DNA from: an uncultured delta proteobacterium | GTDB taxonomy: Bacteria; Myxococcota_A; Polyangia; Polyangiales; Houyiibacteriaceae | NCBI GenBank assembly: GCA_963699755.1 | Contig: CAVOVB010000002.1 | Span: forward strand, 160,001 to 224,000 | Length of the DNA: 64,000 bases | Direction: 5' to 3' | Shown here: positions 20,599 to 29,713 of the stretch, one piece after another | How the letters are laid out: each line of letters starts with the position of its first letter | Numbering within the stretch: position 1 is the first letter of the stretch | The notes under the pieces: model-generated | What the model was told of the DNA's origin: nothing | Databases searched by the model: none | What the model saw: only the letters and a program-made list of their open reading frames with translations | Program-made: the position numbers and the translations under genes

Positions 20599-22137
20599 TC
20601 AGCGCGCTCGACGGCGCCGCCAATACCAGGCGCCGATTGCAAGGGCGATCAGGAGCCAAGCCGTATCGCGATCGGACGCACTCACGAGCCTGCAACTGCA
20701 ACCACTGGAGCTTTCGACTGGGTCGAGTGCAACCGCCGCTCGAAGCCAGACGTAGCTGCCGACGGTCAGCGGACCGAGCTCGTTGACGACCTGATGCCGA
20801 TAGCGATCTTCGCCCTCGGACGGCGCTTCGACGCTCATTTCGTGTGTGAACGGATCGCTGTCGATCGATAGCCTCTCCACCTCGGCCCCGTTCTTGATGA
20901 CCAGAAGGCTCTGGCCGATACCCCCGGTGACCCGCACCGAAAGACTCGTCTTGTCGGCGAAGACCGTGTCGCCAACGCGCTCGCCGCTCAGCTCGGTTTC
21001 GAGCATCGGGTCGTCGATACCGTTCACCTTGATGACCGTCCTTCCACTGCGAACTCCCTCGAGGATGGCGTCGACGCTGAGCTTCTCCGCGAACACCATG
21101 GTCGTCGGCGTTCCCATGGGAGCGTAGAAGATGCCGCTGCCCTGGCCGCCTTCGTGATCGTCGCTTCCGCCAAGCGCAGTCGCGTGCGAGCCCTCCGCGC
21201 AGATCTGCTCCCAAAATACGATCGAGTTCAAGATGCCGCCTTGCGCTTCGACGCCTTGGACCACGGCCGGGTCGACCTCCAGGTCCCAGAAGCAGCCGAT
21301 GCAGAAATCGCCGTTTGGCACGAATGGGTGGTCGATCGAGAAGATGGCGCCCTGTTCTTGAATCGCCTCGATGGCGCCATCGAGGGTGACGCCGCGCACA
21401 CCGATCTTCTGGTCGACCCATTGGAGCGCCCCGATCGCATGGGCATGCCCCGAATAGCTCGTCCACTCGAACCCCGGCACCATGAGAAGCGTCGGGAAGT
21501 CCTGCTGCAGGCTCCGGTAGAGCGTGAGCCCACTTTGGGTGTTGTGCTCGGAAAGCATGATGAAATCCAGGCCCAGCCCATCGGCGAACTCGAGCGCTTC
21601 GCGCATCTCGGGCCTGCCATCACTCTCCACCGTGTGCACGTGGAAGTCGCCGGCGTACCAACGAGCCTCCTCGTCGAGGACGCCCGGATCCTGGTAAGGC
21701 ATACGCGGCTGCGGATCCAAGGTCGCCTCGGTCCGCAAAATGATGCAGACGTCGTACTCGGCCGGAGTTTCGATGATCTTCGCCTTGCCGACGACGAGCT
21801 CCCAGGTGCCCGCCGGTATTGGCCCTGGAACGTAGCTCGGGGACGCAGCCTGGAGGCCCACGATCGCAGGGTTCTCAGGGCCGCTCTTCCCTCCGCCCCA
21901 GCCGCGGAATCCGTTCGGGTCGTCGAGCCCCCAATCGAGAATGTTCTCGGTCGAGAGGTCGTCGTGAATGACCTCGATTTCGACGATGCCTTGGGGGACT
22001 TCGAAGGGAACAAAGAAGTGCCTCTCCGGGCCATCGGGCACCATCCCCTGGATGCGCTTCGAACAGGGCTCTTGGGCGCGCGCGATGTTGGCGGCGAGAA
22101 CGAGGCCCAAGACGAAGCAGGCGAGATGAAACGGCAT
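20599..22137 (-). CDS. Exported PHP-domain (CehA/McbA-like) metallohydrolase with MYXO-CTERM-like tail
   Basis: Signal peptide, GDFHVHTVESDG, SEHN, GHA, IDHP and GGSDDH. C-terminal SSGCSC followed by a TM helix and RRRR. Confidence 0.82.
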   Translation of the reverse strand: MPFHLACFVLGLVLAANIARAQEPCSKRIQGMVPDGPERHFFVPFEVPQGIVEIEVIHDDLSTENILDWGLDDPNGFRGWGGGKSGPENPAIVGLQAASPSYVPGPIPAGTWELVVGKAKIIETPAEYDVCIILRTEATLDPQPRMPYQDPGVLDEEARWYAGDFHVHTVESDGRPEMREALEFADGLGLDFIMLSEHNTQSGLTLYRSLQQDFPTLLMVPGFEWTSYSGHAHAIGALQWVDQKIGVRGVTLDGAIEAIQEQGAIFSIDHPFVPNGDFCIGCFWDLEVDPAVVQGVEAQGGILNSIVFWEQICAEGSHATALGGSDDHEGGQGSGIFYAPMGTPTTMVFAEKLSVDAILEGVRSGRTVIKVNGIDDPMLETELSGERVGDTVFADKTSLSVRVTGGIGQSLLVIKNGAEVERLSIDSDPFTHEMSVEAPSEGEDRYRHQVVNELGPLTVGSYVWLRAAVALDPVESSSGCSCRLVSASDRDTAWLLIALAIGAWYWRRRRAR

Positions 22138-22222
22138 CGGAGCGCATTGGAACGCAGATCGGGGGCGGCATCAAGCACTAAGGAAGGGGCGTCCCGTGCC
22201 GAGACGATGCTAGGCTCGTGTC

Positions 22223-23002
22223 GTGACACCGGTGCTCGATCTTCACGTCGAAACCTTCACCCGCGACGGCGTCGACATCCTGCGGGACATCGAGTGGCAG
22301 GTGATGCCGGCCGACCACTGGGTGGTTCTCGGAGCGAACGGCGCCGGCAAGAGCTCTCTTCTTTCCATCGTCGCCGGCTACGAATGGCCGAGCAGGGGTC
22401 GCGTCGCGGTACTCGGGGAGACCTATGGCGAATGCGACATGCGGGCCCTCAAGGAGCGGATCGGCTGGGCCAGCTCGGCGCTCTTCGCGTGGCTCCCCGC
22501 CCGCCAAAGCGCCCGACAAGTGGCAGCTACGGGCATCCATGCCACGATCGGCAACTGGCACGAGTTGAGCGCCCAAGACCTCATCCGAGCGGACGACGCT
22601 CTTCGCACCATCGGCGCCTACGCATTTCGCAACAAGCGCTACGGTGTTTTGTCGCAGGGCGAGAAGCAGCGAGTCATGATCGCGCGCTCGCTGATCACCA
22701 AGCCTGCGCTTCTCATCCTCGACGAGCCCTGCGCCGGCCTGGATCCTGGCGCCCGCGAACGCCTCATCCGTGACGTGGATCGCCTCTGCGCAAAGCGTAA
22801 CGGCCCGACGCTGATCCTAGTCAGCCACCACGTCGAGGAGATCCCAGCTCAGGCCACCCACGCCTTGCTCCTCAAGGAAGGCGGCGTCCTGGCGTCCGGT
22901 CCGCTCGGAGAAGTGCTGACCGACGAACTGCTGACAGAGCTGTACGAGTACCCGTGCAAGATTGGAGCAACCGAGGGTCGCTACTGGCTACACGGTCGCT
23001 GA
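22223..23002 (+). CDS. ABC transporter ATP-binding protein (ModF/YlmA-like, orphan)
   Basis: GANGAGKS, LSQGEKQR, LILDEP and VSHH. Confidence 0.9.
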   Translation: MTPVLDLHVETFTRDGVDILRDIEWQVMPADHWVVLGANGAGKSSLLSIVAGYEWPSRGRVAVLGETYGECDMRALKERIGWASSALFAWLPARQSARQVAATGIHATIGNWHELSAQDLIRADDALRTIGAYAFRNKRYGVLSQGEKQRVMIARSLITKPALLILDEPCAGLDPGARERLIRDVDRLCAKRNGPTLILVSHHVEEIPAQATHALLLKEGGVLASGPLGEVLTDELLTELYEYPCKIGATEGRYWLHGR

Positions 23003-23014
23003 CACGGCACTGGG

Positions 23015-23428
23015 CTACTTCAGCAGCCCCTTACCCGGCACAAAATTGATCTCCAGACGGATCCCATCCGGGTCCTCGAACAGAATCGAGTAGTAGCCCG
23101 GAGCCCAAATGGCTTCTTCGGGGCCGTGAATGATCGTGGCGCCCAGGCTCTTCACGAGCTCGTGAGCCTCATCGACGTCTTCGCGGCTGCGGGCGCGAAA
23201 GCAGATGTGGTGGAGGCCGACTCGGTGTTGGTCGAAGCGCTCGCCGCGGTGCTCTTGGGGCGCCTCGCGGATCGCAAAGCCGGTACGGCCGCCGACGCAA
23301 TAGTACGTTCCCGGGATGTCCATGACGTTCTTCATGCCAAGGAAGGGCAGAAGCTGGCGATAGAAGGCCCGAGCCCGGTCGAAATCTCCCACGGTGACGA
23401 AGGTGTGAGCGATTCCGTTGATTTCCAT
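23015..23428 (-). CDS. VOC/glyoxalase family protein
   Basis: IAH...V.D, GLHHICF and FEDPDGIRLE. Confidence 0.9.
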   Translation of the reverse strand: MEINGIAHTFVTVGDFDRARAFYRQLLPFLGMKNVMDIPGTYYCVGGRTGFAIREAPQEHRGERFDQHRVGLHHICFRARSREDVDEAHELVKSLGATIIHGPEEAIWAPGYYSILFEDPDGIRLEINFVPGKGLLK

Positions 23429-23441
23429 GACGCCCTCCCCC

Positions 23442-24650
23442 TCAGCGAAGCTCCGACGAGCGCTTCCCGAGCAGCCGGCGGGCGACGATCAGCAACTGAA
23501 TCTGCTGGGTGCCCTCGAAGATATCGAGGATCTTGGAATCACGCGCCCACTTCTCGAGAAGCTCGCCTTCGGAGTAGCCGAGCCCGCCGCAAAGCTCGAC
23601 ACAGCGCAAGGTGATTTGATTGCCGACCCGAGCAGCCTTGGCCTTCGACATCGAGGACTCGGTCGAATTCGGAATCCCGTTGTCCGCCATCCATGCGGCC
23701 TTGAGCATGAGCAAACGGCCCGCTTCCCAGTCCGCCTCCATGCGAATCAGCTCGGCTTCGGCGGCGCTCTTCGCAAAGAGCGGACCACGGTAACGCACCT
23801 CGACCCCTTCCTCTTCGAGGAGCTTCCTGGTGTGCTCGAGCGCTGCGCGGGCCACGCCGACCGCCATGCCCGCCACGATGGGGCGCGTGTTGTCGAAGGT
23901 CTGCATCACCCCGCCGAAGCCCGCCTTGGTGTCGATGTCGGGAGTGCCGAGAAGGTTTTCTTTCGGAATGCGGCAGTCGGTCAGTGTGATGCTCGCGGTA
24001 TCCGACGCGCGGATACCCAGCTTCTTGTCGAGACGGACCACTTCCATTCCAGGCGTCCCGTGCGGCACCACGAACGACTTGATCGCCGCACGCCCTAGAT
24101 TCCGGTCGAGGGTCGCCCAAACGACGACCGAGTCTGCCCGGCTCCCCGCCGTCACGTAGATCTTTTCGCCGTTGAGCACCCACTCGTCGCCGTCGAGCCG
24201 GGCAGTCGTACGGATGTTCGCCGAGTCCGAGCCTGCACCCGGTTCCGTGATCGCCATGGCCGCCCAAACGCCATCGAAGCGCTTCTGTTGTTCCGCGTCG
24301 GCGACGGCCGCGATCGCGGCGTTGCCCAATCCTTGGCGCGGAATGGAAAGCGCCAAGCCCACGTCGCCCCAGCAGAGCTCGGTCAGTCCGAGACAGGTCG
24401 ACATGTTGCCGCCGTTGCGGACACCTTCGTCCGTGCTCTGTTCGCGATGAAGCGCATCAGCACCCGCGCCCTTTTGGCCGCCACCGGCGCTCAAGCCGTC
24501 CATCAGGGCGGCGAGCATGTCGAGCTCCTTCGGATACTCGTGCTCGGCGCGATCGTACTTGCGCGAAATCGGACGAAAGATGTGCTTCGCAACCTGATGC
24601 GCCTGGTTGACGATGGGCTTGAGGTGTCTTGGAACTTCCAAATAGATCAT
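23442..24650 (-). CDS. Acyl-CoA dehydrogenase (FadE23-like)
   Basis: AITEPGAGSD, NGEKIYVT, KLGIRAS and DIFEGTQQIQ (catalytic Glu). Confidence 0.93.
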   Translation of the reverse strand: MIYLEVPRHLKPIVNQAHQVAKHIFRPISRKYDRAEHEYPKELDMLAALMDGLSAGGGQKGAGADALHREQSTDEGVRNGGNMSTCLGLTELCWGDVGLALSIPRQGLGNAAIAAVADAEQQKRFDGVWAAMAITEPGAGSDSANIRTTARLDGDEWVLNGEKIYVTAGSRADSVVVWATLDRNLGRAAIKSFVVPHGTPGMEVVRLDKKLGIRASDTASITLTDCRIPKENLLGTPDIDTKAGFGGVMQTFDNTRPIVAGMAVGVARAALEHTRKLLEEEGVEVRYRGPLFAKSAAEAELIRMEADWEAGRLLMLKAAWMADNGIPNSTESSMSKAKAARVGNQITLRCVELCGGLGYSEGELLEKWARDSKILDIFEGTQQIQLLIVARRLLGKRSSELR

Positions 24651-24659
24651 CTGAACCCC

Positions 24660-25985
24660 TCAGAGCAACAGGTTGCCATCCATCACGCCGATAGCGCGGA
24701 GCTGTCGATACCAAAGCTCGACCGGGTGGTCCTTGATGAAGCCTGCGCCGCCGAGCAGCTGAACCCCATTGGTTCCGATCTCCATTGCCTTCTCAGAGCA
24801 AAGCGTGCGCGCAAGATACGCCTCGCGCTGGAACCTGAGACCCGCGTCGATGCGCCCCGCTGCTCGATACACCAACATCCGCATGGACTCGATTTCGATC
24901 GCGATGTCCGCAACCATGAACGCAACGGCTTGGCGATGGGAAATCGGCTCTCCAAACGCCAACCGTTCGTTGCAGTACGGAATCACATAGTCCAGCAGCG
25001 CCTGTGCGGTTCCGATCGCCATCGCACCCCAGGCGACGCGCCCGCGATTCACAGCGTCTTCATAGGCTGCCTTGCCCTCCGCCTTCAGGGCCCCTTCACC
25101 GCCAAGCAGCCCTTCGGCAGCAACCCGGACCTTGTCGAGCTTCAAGCGACCGAGGCTTGCTGAGCGTAAGCCCATGGCTGGCTCGTCGAGAACCTCGACC
25201 CCGACAGCATCGCGCTCGACCAAGAAGAAGCGAGGGCCGACCTTGGGAATCTCGGCCCCGACCAGAAACCACTTCGCACGGTCGGCCAGAGCTACCATCG
25301 ACTTCTCACCATTGAGCACGTAGTCCGGGCCTCGCTTCTTCGCAGTGGCTCGGACGGCAAGCGGATCGAAGAAGGGATGAGGCTCTACGACAGCCAAGGT
25401 CGCGCTGCTCGCGTGCCCTTCGAGAAACGACGGCAGTAAGCTTGCCTGCTGCTCTTCGGTCCCCCAATGAACCAGCGCGTTGACGAAGGACAAAGGAGAG
25501 AGCGCGGCGTACGCCAAGCCCATGTCACCGCGCGCAAGATCCTCCACGATGAGCATCTGAGACACAGCCGAGACCCGCTCGGCCGCGCCACCGAGCACCT
25601 CGGGCACCGCCATCGCAATCGCGCCGAGCTCGCCGAAGGTCTCGAGAAGCGCGTCGGGCACAGCGGAACGATCATCGGCTTCTCGCGCCGCTGGCTGCAT
25701 CACGTCGTCGGCAAACCGTCTGAGCGTATCCCGCATCAGCTGCTGTTCCTCGCTCAAGCTCAAGTCGAACTTCTTCGAGCTTCGCGGGTGGTCGTGACGG
25801 CGCTTCGAGGAAAACCGTTTTGCAGCTCTCGCGGCGGTCTCGGCCGCACGCTTGGCGCCTTCGTACACGAGCTTCTGAGCTCGATCCTCGAGCCCGAGTC
25901 GTTCGACGAGCGGCGAGTCGACGACCCGGCTAAGCATGCGCAGGCCGCTGCCCATCACGTCGTTCATGAGCTTCTCGTTGTCCAC
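24660..25985 (-). CDS. Acyl-CoA dehydrogenase (FadE24-like partner subunit)
   Basis: LARGDMG, LNGEK, RLAFGEPI and VQLLGGAGF. The C-terminus is short and lacks the FEGT motif. Confidence 0.88.
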   Translation of the reverse strand: MDNEKLMNDVMGSGLRMLSRVVDSPLVERLGLEDRAQKLVYEGAKRAAETAARAAKRFSSKRRHDHPRSSKKFDLSLSEEQQLMRDTLRRFADDVMQPAAREADDRSAVPDALLETFGELGAIAMAVPEVLGGAAERVSAVSQMLIVEDLARGDMGLAYAALSPLSFVNALVHWGTEEQQASLLPSFLEGHASSATLAVVEPHPFFDPLAVRATAKKRGPDYVLNGEKSMVALADRAKWFLVGAEIPKVGPRFFLVERDAVGVEVLDEPAMGLRSASLGRLKLDKVRVAAEGLLGGEGALKAEGKAAYEDAVNRGRVAWGAMAIGTAQALLDYVIPYCNERLAFGEPISHRQAVAFMVADIAIEIESMRMLVYRAAGRIDAGLRFQREAYLARTLCSEKAMEIGTNGVQLLGGAGFIKDHPVELWYRQLRAIGVMDGNLLL

Positions 25986-26111
25986 CGAGGAAGGCTGATC
26001 CGCGTCTTAACGGCGGTCAATGAGCTCCGTTGGGGTCGGCCTTCTCGCGTATCAGCCTCCCGAGGTCCTTCTTCCACTTGAATTCACGCACTACTGGGCC
26101 AAATTAGGACT

Positions 26112-27398
26112 ATGGGGTTAAGAATCTTCTTGGTCTGTGCGGTCCTCGTGGCCGCGTGCGGGGAGTCGGGGAGCAGTACAGGCGCCGGCGGCGACGCGGG
26201 TTCGGCGGGGATGGCTGGTGCAGGAGGCATGGTTGGCTCGGGCGGCATGGTTGGCTCGGGCGGGACGCTTGGCTCGGGCGGGACGCTTGGCTCGGGCGGG
26301 ACGCTTGGCTCGGGCGGGACGCTTGGCTCGGGCGGCGTTGGCGGGGGGAGCGGGGCCCCAGCTTTGAACGTCACGCCCTACATCTCCGGTCTCGACAACC
26401 CCTGGGACATCGCTTGGCTTCCGAATGGAACGGTGCTGGTCACCGAGAGGCCTGGTCGACTCAACGTGTACGTCAACGGCGTGGACGCAGCTCCGTTCAT
26501 CATCGCCCCGACAGACCTCGTCGCAAACAGCGAGGGCGGGTTGTTGGGCCTCGAGGTCGATCCCGACTTCGCGAACAACGGCTATGTCTACGTCTGCATG
26601 GCCTCGAACGCAGACATGTCCACCGACGTGCGCCTGGTCCGCTACGAGCTTGAGAGACCCAATGGCGATGCCTTGATCGCGCGTGCCGACATCGTGACCG
26701 GGATGCCGTACAGCTCGGGAAGACACAGCGGGTGTCGGCCTCGCTTCGGACCCTACGGCTACCTTTGGGTCGGCACTGGGGACGCCGCAATCGGGACGAC
26801 ACCCCAGGACGACAACTCCCTCGGCGGGAAAGTGCTTCGAATCGATCGAAACGGCAACGCTGCACCCGGCAACCCGGGCGGCTACAAGTGGTTTTCCAAA
26901 GGCCATCGCAACGTTCAAGGCGTGGCTTTTCGCGCCTCGGACAATCTGGGCGTCTCGGCCGAGCATGGGCCTTCGCGGGATGACGAAATCAATCTCCTGG
27001 TGGCGGGCAACTTCGGCTGGGACCCGGCGCCAGCGGGCGGGGGCCCAGGCTACAACGAATCGGTTCCGATGACCGATATCGCGGCGTTTCCAGATGCGGT
27101 CGAGGCGATTTGGTCGAGCGGTGTGCCTACGCTTGCCCTCTCGGGCGCGACCTTCCTCGAGGGAAGCGCATGGGGCAACTGGGACGGGGTACTTGCCGTC
27201 GCGACCCTCAAAGCGACGCACATTCACATCTACTTCGTAGGCACCCAAGGTGAGGTCACCGACGATTTTCGCGTGATCGAGAACGAAGGACGTCTTCGCT
27301 CGCCGCGACAAGGCCCCGACGGCCTCCTCTACATCACCAACGATGGCAGCGGCGCCGGTGGCCAAGTGCTTCAGGTGACCCCCGTCACCTCACCTTAG
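26112..27398 (+). CDS. PQQ-dependent sugar dehydrogenase (GSDH beta-propeller) lipoprotein
   Basis: Lipobox VAAC, Gly-rich linker, PWDIAWLP, VTERPG, EGGLLG, GHRNVQG and EHGP..DDEIN. Confidence 0.88.
   Translation: MGLRIFLVCAVLVAACGESGSSTGAGGDAGSAGMAGAGGMVGSGGMVGSGGTLGSGGTLGSGGTLGSGGTLGSGGVGGGSGAPALNVTPYISGLDNPWDIAWLPNGTVLVTERPGRLNVYVNGVDAAPFIIAPTDLVANSEGGLLGLEVDPDFANNGYVYVCMASNADMSTDVRLVRYELERPNGDALIARADIVTGMPYSSGRHSGCRPRFGPYGYLWVGTGDAAIGTTPQDDNSLGGKVLRIDRNGNAAPGNPGGYKWFSKGHRNVQGVAFRASDNLGVSAEHGPSRDDEINLLVAGNFGWDPAPAGGGPGYNESVPMTDIAAFPDAVEAIWSSGVPTLALSGATFLEGSAWGNWDGVLAVATLKATHIHIYFVGTQGEVTDDFRVIENEGRLRSPRQGPDGLLYITNDGSGAGGQVLQVTPVTSP
26226..26333 (+). repeat. Six tandem 18-bp repeats encoding G(M/T)(V/L)GSG
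   Basis: Two copies of ggcatggttggctcgggc followed by four of gggacgcttggctcgggc, contiguous and in frame. Confidence 0.95.
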
Positions 27399-27778
27399 AT
27401 CGAAAGCAGCCGCCCTACGCGCCGATACTTCCCGTTGAACATGTCGATCCACTCTTCGAGCTTGTCGAGCTCGTCCGTTTCCAGCCCTTCGATGTCTCCG
27501 GTGAAAAGCTCGGCGTCGAACGACACCTTGGCAAGCGCGCGCGTACAGTCCTTGCCGGCAAACATTTCGTAGGGGCCGCCGGGGCCATAGAAGTCCCGAC
27601 CGCGCGTCACGTCGTACACTTGGCCTCGGATGGCGATGAGGAGAGGCTTGTCCGGATCGGAGCCATCATAACGGGCGAGCTCCGAAAGCGAGTAGTCACG
27701 CTCCTCGGCTTCGGGCAGCGGCACTTCTTGTGGCGACCGCTTTCCCAACAAGCTAGCGATGAGACGGCGCAGACCCAT
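27395..27778 (-). CDS. Cytochrome b5-like heme/steroid-binding protein, MAPR (PGRMC1/Dap1-like) type
   Basis: ELARYDG...AIRGQVYDVTRGRDFYGPGGPYEMFAGKDCTRALA...W...F..KY..VG.L matches the MAPR signature. Confidence 0.9.
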   Translation of the reverse strand: MGLRRLIASLLGKRSPQEVPLPEAEERDYSLSELARYDGSDPDKPLLIAIRGQVYDVTRGRDFYGPGGPYEMFAGKDCTRALAKVSFDAELFTGDIEGLETDELDKLEEWIDMFNGKYRRVGRLLSI

Positions 27779-27837
27779 GCCCGAGACCTACGACGAACCC
27801 AGCTCGGGGACAATCGGTCTTCGGCGTAGAGCCGCGG

Positions 27838-29070
27838 CTACTCGGTCAGCGCGCCGGCGCCACCCATGTGGTAGCCCTCTTCGCCATGCAGATTGGTATC
27901 GAGCCCTTCGCTCTCTTCGTCGCCGCTCACGCGCAGGCCAAGCGTGGCATCGAGGATCTTCAGGATGACGAAAGTCAGGACGACCGAATAGGCTGCGGCC
28001 GCGAGCACGCCGATGATGTTCTCTACGAAGAGCTGGCTGTTGCCGCCGATCAAACCGTCGGTTCCGCCCCAGAGGGCACTCGCGAATACCCCGGTCAAGA
28101 CTGCTCCGAGCGCGCCGCCCACACCATGAATGCCAAACGCGTCGAGCGCGTCGTCGTAGCCGATTTTGCCCTTCAGCATCACGGCGCCGTAGCAGACCGG
28201 ACCGGCCACGAGCCCCATCAGCACTGCTGAGGTGGGGCCGACATAGCCCGCAGCCGGCGTGATGCACACTAGACCGGCTACCAAACCCGAGGCGACACCG
28301 AGTGCAGTAGGTTTCCCTTGCTTGATCCATTCGACGAGGGCCCAGGCCAACGCTGCAGCGCCAGCCGACAGGTGAGTATTCACCAGTGCGAGCGCGGCAT
28401 TCTCATTCGAGGCAAGGGCGCTGCCCGCATTGAACCCGAACCAGCCAAACCAAAGCATCCCAGCCCCGAGCAAGGTCAAGGTCAGATTGTGCGGCGGGCC
28501 GGGACGAGAACGGCGCCCGATGACCAGAGCGCAAACCAACGCCGCAGCCCCTGAGGAGAGATGAACGACGGTGCCGCCCGCGAAGTCGAGCGCGCCGCGA
28601 GCGCGGAGCCAACCGTCCGGCCCCCAGACCCAGTGGCAAATCGGGTCATAGACCAGAGTCGCCCACAAGAGGATGAACAAGAAGTAGGACGAGAATTTCA
28701 TCCTCTCGGCGATGGCGCCGGAAATCAGCGCCGGCGTGATGATCGCGAACATCATCTGGAAGGCCATGAACAAGATATGCGGAATGGTGGAGCCCGCTTG
28801 CGGCTCCAGCCCGACACCGTTCAACAAAGCGTATTCGAAACCGCCAATGAAGCCTCCGCCCAGGTCCGAGCCGAACGAAAGCGAGTAGCCGATCACCACC
28901 CATTGAAGCGTGATGATTCCGAGCGCGATGAAGCTGTGCATGAACGAGGACAGCACGTTCTTGGAGCCGACCATGCCGCCATAAAAAAGCGCCAAGCCCG
29001 GTGTCATCAGCATCACGAGTGCACACGACACCATGAGCCATGCCGTATCCGCCTGGTTGAGAGCATCCAT
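27838..29070 (-). CDS. amtB: Ammonium transporter
   Basis: LMTPGLALFYGG, DFAGGTVVH, WFGWFGFNAGS and DDALDAFGIHG (twin His); AAAGGAGG RBS. Confidence 0.96.
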   Translation of the reverse strand: MDALNQADTAWLMVSCALVMLMTPGLALFYGGMVGSKNVLSSFMHSFIALGIITLQWVVIGYSLSFGSDLGGGFIGGFEYALLNGVGLEPQAGSTIPHILFMAFQMMFAIITPALISGAIAERMKFSSYFLFILLWATLVYDPICHWVWGPDGWLRARGALDFAGGTVVHLSSGAAALVCALVIGRRSRPGPPHNLTLTLLGAGMLWFGWFGFNAGSALASNENAALALVNTHLSAGAAALAWALVEWIKQGKPTALGVASGLVAGLVCITPAAGYVGPTSAVLMGLVAGPVCYGAVMLKGKIGYDDALDAFGIHGVGGALGAVLTGVFASALWGGTDGLIGGNSQLFVENIIGVLAAAAYSVVLTFVILKILDATLGLRVSGDEESEGLDTNLHGEEGYHMGGAGALTE

Positions 29071-29306
29071 CCCCGGTTCCTCCTTTGAAGTTGGCGGAGC
29101 GTAGATCCGGGGTGTTTCAGGCCGATGTGTCGAGCATTTCCGGCTTGTTTCAACGCGCTGACAGACCCCAAACCCCGAAATTGCTGCATTTTCGACCTTC
29201 GACAGGGGTGCATGCAGCGGTGATTTCGGTTACAACTGCCGTCCGGCAGGCCACACCCCCGGGAGCGGGTGGAAACGGCGGCCGACAACCAAGAGAGGCA
29301 AGTTCA

Positions 29307-29648
29307 ATGAAATCTGCAGCCGAGTTCTTCGAGAAGTTTGAGAAGAGAGCCGCCGAAAACACCGACGCGGCCACCGCCCCCAACGCGATCTACCAGTTCA
29401 ACATCACGGGTGACGATGGGGGTGAGTGGAGCTTGGACTGTACGAAGGGCAAGACCAGCGACTTCGTCAGCAAGGGCACTCACGCGAGCCCCGGCGCGAC
29501 CATTACCGTGTCCGCTGAAGATTGGCTTGGGATGCTCAACGGCTCACTGAACCCCATGCAGGCCTTCATGTCCGGCAAGATCAAAATCGACGGCGACATG
29601 ACGTTGGCCATGAGCCTCCAGCAGGTGATGAACCTGGCTCAAGACTGA
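29307..29648 (+). CDS. SCP2 sterol/lipid-binding domain protein
   Basis: YQFNITG..GGEW and LNPMQAFMSGKIKIDGDM. Start trimmed to the ATG at 29307 after AGAGG. Confidence 0.9.
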   Translation: MKSAAEFFEKFEKRAAENTDAATAPNAIYQFNITGDDGGEWSLDCTKGKTSDFVSKGTHASPGATITVSAEDWLGMLNGSLNPMQAFMSGKIKIDGDMTLAMSLQQVMNLAQD

Positions 29649-29672
29649 GCCATCGTAATTCTGACTGGATTG

Positions 29673-29704
29673 GGGTGGCTTCTAGTTTTGGGGCCACCCT
29701 TTTT
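29673..29704 (+). terminator. Intrinsic terminator after the SCP2 gene
   Basis: gggtggc...gccaccc stem followed by ttttt. Confidence 0.65.
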
Positions 29705-29713
29705 CGTGAGCCG

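Noticed and set aside
21154..22773. 539-aa plus-strand ORF
   Set aside because: Antisense to the PHP hydrolase and off-frame to the ABC ATPase, with no motifs.
26226..26333. CRISPR array
   Set aside because: The repeats are contiguous, have no spacers and are in frame within a CDS; no cas genes are present.
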